Source: a virus (lineage: Duplodnaviria; Caudoviricetes). From it: DNA of 39,174 nt. The stretch is from positions 1-39,174 of the IMG/VR virus record IMGVR_UViG_3300010052_000201; one strand, written 5' to 3'. The position numbers were made by a program, and so were the translations under genes. Shown here piece after piece: positions 9,672 through 19,155 of this stretch; position 1 is the stretch's first letter, and every line of letters begins with the position of its first letter. The notes beneath the pieces were generated by a model. That model worked only from the letters and a program-made list of their open reading frames with translations, was not told the DNA's origin and ran no database searches.

Positions 9672-11078
9672 CTAGCTGGAGGTCACGTTCAGGTACTTGA
9701 CCGGCGCGGTGCCTGCGTTGAGCAAGCCGCCGTCGCAGCGAGTGAACGCCGTGAAGCCGGTTTGGTCTTCGGGTCGGTAACGCTCGTCCATGCGATAGAA
9801 ACGCATTGGACCCGCGCGGCGGATTTTGTACTTCGACAAGTCGCCGAAGAGGACAACCTTATTGCCAGCGGTGATTGTCGAGTCCATATCGTTGTTGATA
9901 AAGACTGGCTTTCCTTCGATCTTGTCGGGGGTCTGTGCGTCAGCACCGGCCTTCCAGACGTACTGGTTATCGACCTTCAGTTTGCGGATCGAAGCCGCGA
10001 TCAGGTCGTGAAACATCCAGCCGACACCAGGGGCGTTGCGATAAGCAACGTCAACCGAGTGAAAGAGGTCGATCAGCAGATCGTAGGTGATCGCAAGGCC
10101 GGCCGTATTTGGGCCGGCGCTAGCGGCACCGACGATGCCTTGCACGGTGTTCCCGCCGTTGCCGGTCGTGAACTTGGTGTTCTCGATGCGGCCAAGACGT
10201 TCGCCGATCGCTTCGGCCAAGATCGGGATAATGTCGATCGTGGCATCCTGCATCAACTCTTCGTTGACCTTCAAGACGCCAGAGCGGAACTTGAAAGCTC
10301 CTAGAACCAAGCCGCCCATCGACGGATCAGTGTCGTCAGCCGCGGCCGCCGCTTCACCGACTTGCGAACCGGTGTTCGCGGTGTCGTCGAACGTCGGCCA
10401 GGTCAGATTGCCGCCGTCGCCGGTGACCATCGTGTCGGAAGTAACCAACATCGGGCCGTAATAGAGCATGTTGACTTCGATCATTCGAAGTAAGCTCTGC
10501 GGAACGAGGACACCGCCCTTTGCCAGCGCAATCGATTCGAGAGCGCGGCATTCGGCTTCAAGCCGTTGCGAGCGACCGTCGGCATTGCCGTTACGCGCGG
10601 CCTTTTGCAGCCGGCGATAGTTCTTGGTCGTGTCGAATGGCAGGTGAAGCCGTTTCGAACGCTCCAAGCCGCAAGCCTTCATCGCCTTCCGGCCTTCACG
10701 AGAGACCGGGATTCCGGCCATCTTGCGAACAACTGCATTAAAAGCAGCTTCGCGAAGCTCTTCCGTGATGGTTTGAGCACCGTCTTGACCTTGGCGGCGT
10801 TGGCCAGGATCGCGGCCAGCGTCATCGCGGCCAATCCCGCGAGTGTTGGTCGTTTGACGACCTTGCTCGTCGATTTGAGCGAGCCGATCCGCGATGCTTT
10901 TGCTGCGGTTTTCGGCTTCAATTTCGACCATGACAGCGTCATAGTCCTTGTTGAGTTGGTTCCAATTGGCTTCTTCGCCGTCTTGCCACTTGTTGCCAGC
11001 GGCTTGATAGGCGTCGGCCTTGGCCCGGATTTCTGCGGCCAGCTTTTCGCGCTTGGCCTGTTTTTCTTGAAGAGTCAT
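9672..11078 (-). CDS. Major capsid protein, HK97 fold, with N-terminal delta domain
   Basis: Coiled N-terminus; 'GGVLVPQ', 'VNEELMQD', 'VLFGDLSKYKIR', 'GFTAFTRCDG'. Confidence 0.95.
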   Translation of the reverse strand: MTLQEKQAKREKLAAEIRAKADAYQAAGNKWQDGEEANWNQLNKDYDAVMVEIEAENRSKSIADRLAQIDEQGRQTTNTRGIGRDDAGRDPGQRRQGQDGAQTITEELREAAFNAVVRKMAGIPVSREGRKAMKACGLERSKRLHLPFDTTKNYRRLQKAARNGNADGRSQRLEAECRALESIALAKGGVLVPQSLLRMIEVNMLYYGPMLVTSDTMVTGDGGNLTWPTFDDTANTGSQVGEAAAAADDTDPSMGGLVLGAFKFRSGVLKVNEELMQDATIDIIPILAEAIGERLGRIENTKFTTGNGGNTVQGIVGAASAGPNTAGLAITYDLLIDLFHSVDVAYRNAPGVGWMFHDLIAASIRKLKVDNQYVWKAGADAQTPDKIEGKPVFINNDMDSTITAGNKVVLFGDLSKYKIRRAGPMRFYRMDERYRPEDQTGFTAFTRCDGGLLNAGTAPVKYLNVTSS

Positions 11079-11194
11079 GTTTGATCCCGCGAAAAAATCG
11101 AGTGATGGATTTCGCGGTTTCAAGCTCTTCGCCGATCAACCGCTTCGTTGCGGCTGAATCTGCGAAAAAATATCTGGGAAAAAATGCGCCAAAC

Positions 11195-11839
11195 TTACGC
11201 AACCCGGAAACGGTCGCGGTCGAGATCGAGCATGCGCAGCCGGACCTTGAGGGCCTCGTCCGCTTCGGCATCCCGTTTCGCGCGGAGTTTCTCGATCTCG
11301 CGCTGTATTGCCGCCCGTTCCGAGTCGCTGCGGATCGCGGTGCTCGTGGCCTCGTAAGCCGGGATCGTGACGGGGCAAACGTCGTACAGATCGCAGTCGG
11401 TGATCTCGCGAATGACAACGTCGCCGACTTCGGTGTAGGTCCAAGACTTCGCGATAAACGCGAACGAACTGCCGCGCAGGTCCCCGCGTTCGATCTTGGC
11501 CGCGACGCTCACGGCTTCGGGATCTTGCTCGTTGACGTCGATCTCGTACCGCAAGCCCACGGCGTCAACCTGCAGCCGGACCGTGCCGTTCGCCGTTCGG
11601 CCCAGCAATACGCCGTCATCGTGGTTAAAACACCCGACAACGTCTTGCGCTTCGGCAATGGCGCGGTTAAACGCCCCGGGCGCGATGCGCTCGTAAACCG
11701 TGTCCCACAGTTGGTACTCGGTCCCCGGGTTGCCCGCGTCGTAAAACACGGCGGCATAGCCACTGATAACCCGGGCGCCGTCGGCGCGCTTCGAGAGAGA
11801 GACCGGACGGTTGCGGGTGATTAAGCGGGACCGAGACAT
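11195..11839 (-). CDS. Prohead maturation protease (HK97 family)
   Basis: 'ISGYAAVF...ERIAPGAF...FNHD...LGRT...GSSFAF...LYDVCPVTIPAY'; GGAGG RBS. Confidence 0.95.
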   Translation of the reverse strand: MSRSRLITRNRPVSLSKRADGARVISGYAAVFYDAGNPGTEYQLWDTVYERIAPGAFNRAIAEAQDVVGCFNHDDGVLLGRTANGTVRLQVDAVGLRYEIDVNEQDPEAVSVAAKIERGDLRGSSFAFIAKSWTYTEVGDVVIREITDCDLYDVCPVTIPAYEATSTAIRSDSERAAIQREIEKLRAKRDAEADEALKVRLRMLDLDRDRFRVA

Positions 11840-13443
11840 TGATCCTCCAATTCGGCACAGAGCCGATCAACGGTTGCGGGGAGTGTTTCAGGAGATTTGC
11901 AGGCTTCGGCCAGCTTCGCGCGGAACTCGCCGCAAAAGCCTTCGGGGAGTCCCGCGGCTTTCGCTTCGGCTTCGAACTGCGGCCAACCGGTTCGCGTCCA
12001 CTGCTCGAGCGAGTGCGGCTTCTCGGCCTTGTGCCGGGCTTGCCGCGCGAGAGCGAAGATCAGCGAGACGCCAGCGCGAGAGTGCTTTGGCTCGACCAGA
12101 TCGCGAAGCTCGTGAATGATCTGGCCTTCGTTGCGGATCGCGTTGGGATCGACAGCCGAATCGACGTTGCCGATCTTCTGGTTGTCCGCGCTGCCCTGTT
12201 GCCCGTAGCCGGCGAGGTTCGTCTGCTGAAAATAGTCGTCGCCCTTGCCGTCGGCCCGCGCGTTGAGATTCCACCAAGAGCGGATTTCGTTGGGACTGAA
12301 GACGCCGATACGAGCACCCAAGGCCCCGATCTGCATTTGCGTCATGGGGTCCATGAAGATCGCCGCGCGGCTGTTGTATTCGAAGTAATAGCCGTCGGCC
12401 TTTTCCTTGGCCGTAAGCAGCTTGCGGCGGCACTCTTGCGCGATCTGGAACAGGTCCGGCATCAGAGCCGAATCGAGGTACGCGGCATCGTCGGCGGCTT
12501 TGCTGTTGTACGAGACCGAGCCGGTGACGCCGAGTCGCGAGCATGGGATCCCGTAGAACCGCGCGGCGTCTTTGACTTCGTATTCCCGCGTCTCAGTCAT
12601 CTGCCCTTCGTTGGGCGGGATCGTCAACTGCTGAAACTTCACGCCGTCGCGAAGCACGAGCATCTTGAGCGCGTACTTTGGATCGCTGATTTTCTTTTGA
12701 AAGTCCGCGTCGAGCCGGTCGCCCGCTTGCTTGCTCATGCCTTCCGGCAGCGTCAGCACCCCGCCCGCGCGGGCCCCGTTCTTGAAGAACTTCGAGGCGA
12801 AATTCCCCGCGGCTAAAGATCGCCCGGCGGTTTCTCGAGCCGCGTCCAAGATCGCCATTCCCTCGACGGTATCAAGCCCGATACCGCGAAGGTGAATCAC
12901 ATCGGCCGCGTCGGCGTATTCGATCTTGCCATTGACTTCCGTGGCAAAGTAGAGCGTCCCCTTGATCCGCTTCGGCGCCGTACGATCTGAGAGCAGCGGC
13001 AACAGCGACAGCGGCCGGCCTGCGGTGTCGCGTTCGATGAAAATATACGCGTTCCCCCAGATTTTTAGCTGCGAGACAACGAACTGCCAGAACACAAACG
13101 CCGACATTTCCTCGTTCGGTTCGTTGCGGACCAACTCGAAAACCGGGTGATCGGTTGCCTTTTCGCGGTCTTGCGGCCCCTTGCGCAGATAGAGATCGAG
13201 CGGAAGCTTGGCAATGTCCCGCGAGATCATCGAGACGCATTGCCAGATCGCGGCCACGCTGAGAAACTTCTTAGGCGTGACGGTCTGCCCAGACTCGCTT
13301 GATCCGCCCCCACTGTTGCCTTCAAAAAGAGCATCGATCGTGCGGGGATCGCTCAGAGAATACGAGGGGTTTTCTAAGACGGAGCGCGTTTGCACCCCAG
13401 CAGAAGAAACGATAATCGCGGTGTTTTCCGGTGTTTTACCCAT
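11821..13443 (-). CDS. Portal protein (HK97 family)
   Basis: 'ISRDIAKLPL', 'PNEEMSAFVFW', 'GNAY', 'VIHLRG', 'FFKNGA', 'SPNEIR'. Confidence 0.95.
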   Translation of the reverse strand: MGKTPENTAIIVSSAGVQTRSVLENPSYSLSDPRTIDALFEGNSGGGSSESGQTVTPKKFLSVAAIWQCVSMISRDIAKLPLDLYLRKGPQDREKATDHPVFELVRNEPNEEMSAFVFWQFVVSQLKIWGNAYIFIERDTAGRPLSLLPLLSDRTAPKRIKGTLYFATEVNGKIEYADAADVIHLRGIGLDTVEGMAILDAARETAGRSLAAGNFASKFFKNGARAGGVLTLPEGMSKQAGDRLDADFQKKISDPKYALKMLVLRDGVKFQQLTIPPNEGQMTETREYEVKDAARFYGIPCSRLGVTGSVSYNSKAADDAAYLDSALMPDLFQIAQECRRKLLTAKEKADGYYFEYNSRAAIFMDPMTQMQIGALGARIGVFSPNEIRSWWNLNARADGKGDDYFQQTNLAGYGQQGSADNQKIGNVDSAVDPNAIRNEGQIIHELRDLVEPKHSRAGVSLIFALARQARHKAEKPHSLEQWTRTGWPQFEAEAKAAGLPEGFCGEFRAKLAEACKSPETLPATVDRLCAELEDQCLGPA

Positions 13444-13511
13444 GCGAAAAATTTCTTAGATTTTTCGCGGGAAAAAATGCGCCGGATTACGGCAAGGGGT
13501 ATAATTCGGGC

Positions 13512-13748
13512 ATGACTACCAACTACGAAACATACTTTGACTCGATCGCGCAACAGAGCGTAACCCGCGCATTTGTCGAAATTGACGGCCAAATTTATGG
13601 CCACGAAGAGTTAGGCCAAGACTCTGAGCAATTGCGAAAAAAGGCAGAGCAGTATCTGCGATACAACTTGGCGTGGGAGTTTGATCGAAAATGGTCTAAA
13701 TCACTTCGATCTCCGCGTCTTCTGCATCATAAAAACTTCTGTTGTTGA
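13512..13748 (+). CDS. Small antisense moron-like hypothetical protein
   Basis: Fills TerL-portal gap; TATAAT (13500-13505) 6 nt before ATG. Confidence 0.45.
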   Translation: MTTNYETYFDSIAQQSVTRAFVEIDGQIYGHEELGQDSEQLRKKAEQYLRYNLAWEFDRKWSKSLRSPRLLHHKNFCC

Positions 13749-15384
13749 TTGGTTCCATCGCCCCAGCCAGTGCCATAACTGCAGCCGCGGGGCCGTCAAC
13801 CTTGCGATAGTCCCCGCGCTTAGGCTTGCAGATCTTGATGTTGCCGTTGCTGTCGGTCTTGGTTCTGGCGTTCGACACCTGCCAGTCCATACACTTGTTT
13901 CCCGGGTGCTCAATCCGGTTCGCGATGATCAGCCGCTCGAATTCCTTTGTCGGCTCGTTCAGGTTCGTGTAAGTCTGCGGGCATTCTTCGATCGTCAGCC
14001 CGTCGGCCTCGAGATCGTGCGCAAATTGACTCGCGTTGTACGGATCATAAAGCAGCTTGCGCAGGTCGAAACGCTCGCGAATCTCGGCGATCTTGTTGCG
14101 AATGTAGCCGTAATCGGTCACAGCACCGGGTGTCAGATCGATAAACCCCGCCTTGCTCCATTGCTCGTAAGGGACCTTATCACGCATCGCGGCGGCCGCA
14201 TCTTTGGGCAACCAGAAAAACGAGACGATTGCGATTCGCTCGCCTGGCTCTTGCGGCGGAAAACACAACACAAGCGAGGTCGTGTCGGTCGTCTTGGCCA
14301 AGTCGAGACCCGCATAGCATTCGCGTCCAGCGAGGCGTTCGAACAATTGCTCGCTGTCAACCGTCGCCGCATTCCAGAGATCAACGCGCAGCCACGGATC
14401 GACGCCGCCTTGCCAGATGTTCAAGCGGTACATTTTGAAAAGCGATAGCTCGTGCGCAGACTTGCAGCTTTGGTGATAGTCCGACAGGATTTCAATCAAG
14501 TCGATAGTGTGCCCCAGCGATGGGTTCGCCATGCGGATATATTTCTCGGGATGAGCCGCGAGATCGGCATCGCTCAGGTTCTGCGGAGCGTGGTAACTCT
14601 TATGGTAGTGCGTGATGTTCTCTAATGTCCCGGCGATAATTTGCTCGCCCATTTCCCATTGCTCGTGGCCGTAGGACGTGGGATCGTCGCCGGCCGTAGA
14701 TAGGCCGAGAATGATCGGCTCGCTACGGGAAATTCCCATGCGGCTAATACGATTCATAGCCCCACGGTCAACAACGTGAACTTCGTCGATTAAACCATTT
14801 CCGTTCAATCCTTCCTTGCTTTTTTGGCTTCGAGTGTCGCCGGTTGACATTGGCAACAAAATGGAATTTGTCTCTAGGTCTGTTATCTGGTACTTGCTTT
14901 TATTCACTGACCCAGCTTCGCAAAGTTCGGGTGATGACTCAAACATTTTTATCGCGTGCTCGCCAGCAATTGCTCGAGCCTGGCTGCCGTCTTTTGCGAA
15001 GAAGAAATTTTTACCGCCTTGTTCGCCGTCGCCAAACGTCAAATAGAGCCCGTACCATGCGAGGGTTGGGGACTTCTTGCTCTTCTTTGGGATCCAAACA
15101 TTAGCAGACCTGAAACGTCGCACCCAACGCTTCCAACGCTCAGACCACACAACCCAGCCGAAGATTTGCATAGTGTCTTCGACTTGCCAATCGTGCGGTA
15201 TCAATGGTTCGCCGGCGCAGTCACCTTCATAGAGAACAAGGTGCTCTTTTGCGAATTCTATTACAATCTCGCCTCGCTCTGGATCAAAACGGCACCCTCT
15301 CTCAAGTGCCAATTCGTCGGCCTTGTTCCGCACCCATTTCTCTGATTGCTTGCGGGTTAGTGGCCCGCGCTGTGCTTTGCTCAT
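13696..15384 (-). CDS. terL: Terminase large subunit
   Basis: 'RRFR...IPKKSKKS', Walker B 'LIDEVH', 'LSTAG', nuclease 'AGLDLAKTTD', 'KVDGPAAAVMA'. Confidence 0.95.
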   Translation of the reverse strand: MSKAQRGPLTRKQSEKWVRNKADELALERGCRFDPERGEIVIEFAKEHLVLYEGDCAGEPLIPHDWQVEDTMQIFGWVVWSERWKRWVRRFRSANVWIPKKSKKSPTLAWYGLYLTFGDGEQGGKNFFFAKDGSQARAIAGEHAIKMFESSPELCEAGSVNKSKYQITDLETNSILLPMSTGDTRSQKSKEGLNGNGLIDEVHVVDRGAMNRISRMGISRSEPIILGLSTAGDDPTSYGHEQWEMGEQIIAGTLENITHYHKSYHAPQNLSDADLAAHPEKYIRMANPSLGHTIDLIEILSDYHQSCKSAHELSLFKMYRLNIWQGGVDPWLRVDLWNAATVDSEQLFERLAGRECYAGLDLAKTTDTTSLVLCFPPQEPGERIAIVSFFWLPKDAAAAMRDKVPYEQWSKAGFIDLTPGAVTDYGYIRNKIAEIRERFDLRKLLYDPYNASQFAHDLEADGLTIEECPQTYTNLNEPTKEFERLIIANRIEHPGNKCMDWQVSNARTKTDSNGNIKICKPKRGDYRKVDGPAAAVMALAGAMEPINNRSFYDAEDAEIEVI

Positions 15385-15809
15385 CGCACTCTACGGATGA
15401 TCTTCTTACTGCTGCCGCGCGGTGCACCGATGATCTTGGCCCGGGCCGTCGGGGACAAGCCAAGCTCTTGCGTCAGCTTGATTGCGATCTCGATAAACCG
15501 CTTCGAGAGACTGATCCAAGGGGATTCGTAAGACCCACCCTTGACCGTGAGCACCATGCCGCCGCGGGCTTCGACTTCTTTTTCAGCCTCACGCCAACGG
15601 CCGTAGGCGACGCAGAACATTTCAACGAGGGTCAGATCAGATTCGGCCAGCGTTCCGAGTTGCGAGAGGATCGGCATGATTGAACGCCACTTTGCGGCCG
15701 CGATCTTTCCAAGGTGCTTCGGCGGCGGCGGGTTACGAATTGCCACAGACTCGCCGACACTGCCGGCGATCTTGAGCGAAATCGGTTTTGGCTTGCGGCC
15801 TTTACTCAT
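15381..15809 (-). CDS. terS: Terminase small subunit (P27 family)
   Basis: 'GRKPKP...PPKHL...W...ELGLSPTARAKI'; ATGA overlaps on both sides. Confidence 0.9.
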   Translation of the reverse strand: MSKGRKPKPISLKIAGSVGESVAIRNPPPPKHLGKIAAAKWRSIMPILSQLGTLAESDLTLVEMFCVAYGRWREAEKEVEARGGMVLTVKGGSYESPWISLSKRFIEIAIKLTQELGLSPTARAKIIGAPRGSSKKIIRRVR

Positions 15810-16048
15810 TCCGAGAAACACCACTTAAGGAACTCGATCAACAACACGGCGGGAACGACGTAGAGCGCGGCCAGAACCCAGAACCATGGAAAGATAAACA
15901 CCAAGAACCCTGTCCAAGCGTAGGCCGACAGATCGCCCGCATCATACGCCGCGCGAGACTTCGCGAACTCGCTGGCCAGGAAGTGACAACCCAGCGCGAG
16001 CCACGCGAGAGCGTAAAGACGAAAACGAATTGCACTCAGAAAATCCAT
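15806..16048 (-). CDS. Small membrane protein
   Basis: Two or three hydrophobic segments; stop overlaps terS ATG. Confidence 0.5.
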   Translation of the reverse strand: MDFLSAIRFRLYALAWLALGCHFLASEFAKSRAAYDAGDLSAYAWTGFLVFIFPWFWVLAALYVVPAVLLIEFLKWCFSE

Positions 16049-16139
16049 TTGCTTTTGTCTTTCGAGTCATCCAAAAAAAGAATTGCGAGAAAAAGCGTCA
16101 AAGCGGTTGCAAGAATCTTAAACAAGGTTGCTAGCCGCA

Positions 16140-16260
16140 TAGGCGACCACCCGGGGGGGTCAAATTTTTAAAAAAATGTGCGCGTAGGGCCGACGGTCTT
16201 GGCCGACTTGCCTACCCAGATTATCTGCCACCTTGGCAGTCAGCCTGTTTTCGCATCGGT
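16140..16260. other. Putative cos/packaging region
   Basis: Non-coding gap between HNH and terS with G7 run, A/T tracts and AGACCG (minus), where HK97-like cos sites usually lie; cut site not determinable. Confidence 0.4.
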
Positions 16261-16280
16261 TTCCGCCTGTTTTTGCCGCA

Positions 16281-16571
16281 TCACTCGCCGCGCCGCGTTT
16301 TCTCCGAGTGGTGCCGCTTGCATAGTCCTTGCCAGTTGGTCACATCCCAGAACAGTGTATGATCGCCTCGATGCGGCTTGATGTGATCAACCTCTGTTGC
16401 GAGTTGCAACTCTCCTGCGGCCTCACACACACGACACAAGCGGTTTGCTGGCTTGGCCAGGAACGCCAGCGCTGCGAGTCGCCAGCGGTTGCCGTACATT
16501 CGTTTGACTGAGCTTGGACGATGCTCTCGACGGTGCCACGGCGGGCGATAGGTCTTGCGTTTGTCCGGCAT
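16281..16571 (-). CDS. Packaging-associated HNH endonuclease (HK97 gp74-like)
   Basis: 'LCRVC...ATEVDHIKPHRGD..LFWDVTNWQGLCKRHHSEKT'; upstream of terS. Confidence 0.9.
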   Translation of the reverse strand: MPDKRKTYRPPWHRREHRPSSVKRMYGNRWRLAALAFLAKPANRLCRVCEAAGELQLATEVDHIKPHRGDHTLFWDVTNWQGLCKRHHSEKTRRGE

Positions 16572-16849
16572 CAATAGCAAAGCACATCGAGTGTCGCGTC
16601 GGTCGAGTCCTGGCGGATCGCCTTGAGTTTGTACACATCGCCGTCGAACCAAATGGTGTCGCCGTCAACGAGGGGAAAGCCGACGCTCGAAGTCGGGGCA
16701 GTGCCGTCATCGCGAATGCGAACGTCAGCGCCCGAGCAGCGGATCAGACAGCGCTGAACATTCTCGGGGATCGTGGGCGTTGCATCCGCAAGACTGACAG
16801 CGCTACTGCTTACGGTTAGCGTTAGATAACCTTTTGCTTCTAGTGCCAT
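16571..16849 (-). CDS. Hypothetical beta-rich protein
   Basis: ORF coupled (TGATG) to HNH. Confidence 0.6.
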   Translation of the reverse strand: MALEAKGYLTLTVSSSAVSLADATPTIPENVQRCLIRCSGADVRIRDDGTAPTSSVGFPLVDGDTIWFDGDVYKLKAIRQDSTDATLDVLCY

Positions 16850-16893
16850 GGCTCACCTGTTCTCTGAGTATTGAGGAAAGTTGGTTTGTTGTT

Positions 16894-17199
16894 CTACTCT
16901 TGCTCTTCGGGGTACTCGCGTTCGATCAGCAGTTGCAGGTAATGCATCGCCTTTTCGAGGTCTTGCTTGCCGTTCTTGTCTCGGTGTCGAACGACGTACT
17001 TGATCACGTTGCCCTCGAGAAACGTCAGCCCGTTTTCCTCAATGAAGTCCACTGGCTGAATCGTCATCTTGGCATAGTGATTACCGCCTACCTGTCTGTC
17101 GCGTGCGCTCTTGCTTTGCGCCGCAAGTTGCTGTTGGAATCGCTCGCGGACGTTTGGCTTGCTGGTTTGTTCTGTCGATCCGTTCACCGTGTCGATCAT
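16894..17199 (-). CDS. DUF3310 family protein
   Basis: 'QVGGNHY...IQPVDFI...FLEGNVIKYVVR...KNGKQDLEKAMHYL'. Confidence 0.85.
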   Translation of the reverse strand: MIDTVNGSTEQTSKPNVRERFQQQLAAQSKSARDRQVGGNHYAKMTIQPVDFIEENGLTFLEGNVIKYVVRHRDKNGKQDLEKAMHYLQLLIEREYPEEQE

Positions 17200-17235
17200 G
17201 GTACGTCATCCAGGTTGTGTGATTAAGTTCAACAA

Positions 17236-18282
17236 TCAATCGCAAAAGAGCTTCTTGACGCAGACCATGCCGCGTTCGTGGTCCATCAAACAAAACGATT
17301 GCAGCGGTTCTTGGTATTCAAAGCCCTTGAACTCCGCATAAGTCGAGTAGCCGATCATGCTGCCGTTGCAATGCCAATTCAGGCCAGGCGTAAACGTGTG
17401 CTTGTCTCCAATAATGTCGTAGTGTGATTTCCTAGGGCCAACGTTACGTCGCAAAATCGACTTCATGACCGGCACTGTGATTCCGCCAACACCACCTTGA
17501 AACTTGATACTGTCGCCGTGCATGAAGCGGACTCGCTGCTTTCCGATCTCGGCGTAAGCGACATAGCCCTCGCCATGGTCCCATGTAATCCGCGGATCGT
17601 CGCCAATGAACTTGGCAATGTTCCGGTACATGAGGTATTCATAGCTCGTCTCGTTTCGATTTGCGGCTTGTGTCTTGTGGGTTGTTCTGCCGTGATTGCC
17701 AACGCAAGTGACGACATGTACTCGTTTGCAGCGGCTTTGATCCAACAGCGTTCGCAGACTTCGCTCGAGTAACTCCGATGCGTAAAACACTTCCATCGGC
17801 GGGGCCAGAGCGTTTGTCTGCGCTAACTCTTCATGGATCCATCCGGTGATAAAGTCGCCAAGCAGAGCCACAACCAGCGTGTCAACCGTGGCCAGCCCGC
17901 GTGAATCCTCGATCATGGCCAGGGCTCGCCGCGTTACTGCCTCGCTCCGCCGCTTGGCTATATCCAAGTTGTACTCGTTCAGATAACTAACCTTGCGCGG
18001 GTCAACCGTCTCGCCGACATGCCAATCGCTAAACACCACGATAGCTGTGGCGTGCGGCTTTTGGCCTCTCTGTTGCTTCGGATTGATCGGCTTGACTGGG
18101 TTTCGCGTGTTCAACGCTTCCAATATCGACAGCCGCTTCTCCGTCGCTTCCTTGTCCTTCAATGCCTGTTCGTATTTCTTCGCTAGCTGCTTTTGCTTGA
18201 CTTGCTCTTGCTTGGCGCGGGCATCGTTTCGGATTGCCTCGCTCGCATCGAATTTCAAGTTTTTGAGCAGCTTATTTGCCAT
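17236..18282 (-). CDS. Calcineurin-like metallophosphoesterase with N-terminal coiled coil
   Basis: Motifs SDWH, GDFI, GNHGR, HGD, GDKH. Confidence 0.85.
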   Translation of the reverse strand: MANKLLKNLKFDASEAIRNDARAKQEQVKQKQLAKKYEQALKDKEATEKRLSILEALNTRNPVKPINPKQQRGQKPHATAIVVFSDWHVGETVDPRKVSYLNEYNLDIAKRRSEAVTRRALAMIEDSRGLATVDTLVVALLGDFITGWIHEELAQTNALAPPMEVFYASELLERSLRTLLDQSRCKRVHVVTCVGNHGRTTHKTQAANRNETSYEYLMYRNIAKFIGDDPRITWDHGEGYVAYAEIGKQRVRFMHGDSIKFQGGVGGITVPVMKSILRRNVGPRKSHYDIIGDKHTFTPGLNWHCNGSMIGYSTYAEFKGFEYQEPLQSFCLMDHERGMVCVKKLFCD

Positions 18283-18499
18283 TCATCCACCTGCGAAATA
18301 CGTCAATGCTTCCAAGTTGCGGAAGTTGCTTGCAAAGTGCGTCATGCATGTCTCGAAGCGAGCAAATAAATTCGCCGGCCCTATACTTCTCTCGCACTTC
18401 CAGCAGATCCTTTTGGACCGCTGGCGGTAACTTGCCAAACCAGTTGATCTTGGCTTTGGGCTTGATTGTTTTGATCGCCGCAATCAGCTTGTTTGCCAT
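18272..18499 (-). CDS. Hypothetical protein
   Basis: ORF overlapping start of phosphoesterase; possibly small DNA-binding. Confidence 0.55.
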   Translation of the reverse strand: MANKLIAAIKTIKPKAKINWFGKLPPAVQKDLLEVREKYRAGEFICSLRDMHDALCKQLPQLGSIDVFRRWMNGK

Positions 18500-18508
18500 C
18501 ACTTTTCC

Positions 18509-18781
18509 CTACTCGTTGATACGCTCAAAGATCGGTTCTGAGTGCAACACGGCTGCGATTCTCCTGGCTAGTGACTCGACTGCCTCTTCTCGCCATTTCG
18601 GTTCCTCGGCGTGTAGGCATTCGTGAATCACCCTGTCCGTCAGCAACTCACCTCGTAAGCAATCAGCAATCGCAATCTCGCATTTCTTGTCATCGAAATA
18701 ACCGTCCGAAACAACCAATTGGCGAGTGAACCGAAATGGAACGATGATCCCGTTTTCAAGTTTGAAATAGGGGCCGTTCAT
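18509..18781 (-). CDS. Small HExxH zincin-like protein
   Basis: 'VIHECLHA....W.EEAVE'. Confidence 0.6.
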   Translation of the reverse strand: MNGPYFKLENGIIVPFRFTRQLVVSDGYFDDKKCEIAIADCLRGELLTDRVIHECLHAEEPKWREEAVESLARRIAAVLHSEPIFERINE

Positions 18782-18853
18782 CAAACACTACCCAGTCAAG
18801 GAAGTAGGAATCATCAAAGCCTTCGTCGTCTGGTAAAGATGCGTCAATTTTGC

Positions 18854-19102
18854 TTACCCCTTGATCCATAATGCCTTGATCGGAATAACCCGAATGCCGG
18901 GCGTATCTTCGCCCTCTTGATTGCGGTCATACTCAAACGTGTGTGTACCTCGTCGGCCTCTGTGTCGGTCGCTCGCGTCTCGTCTGCGGGCTTTTTCTAA
19001 GCACCGCTCGCAACACGGCGGGCCGTTCCAATCGGCAGCAATCGGCGCTTCGCAGCGGGTGCAGCGTGTTTGCGGCTCGATGATTCCGGTTTGTGCGGCC
19101 AT
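18854..19102 (-). CDS. Hypothetical zinc-binding protein
   Basis: CTRC...CERC. Confidence 0.45.
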   Translation of the reverse strand: MAAQTGIIEPQTRCTRCEAPIAADWNGPPCCERCLEKARRRDASDRHRGRRGTHTFEYDRNQEGEDTPGIRVIPIKALWIKG

Positions 19103-19155
19103 AGTTCTAAAAGCAACAGCCCCGCCCGATGGGGAGTGAGGGGAGGTTAGAAGGG

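Noticed and set aside
9303-10304. Long plus-strand ORFs opposite capsid (also opposite portal, terL and tail genes)
   Set aside because: Shadow ORFs of GC-rich coding DNA; no motifs
18268-18499. Two adjacent genes both starting MANKL
   Set aside because: Similarity does not extend beyond a few residues; likely chance or local duplication
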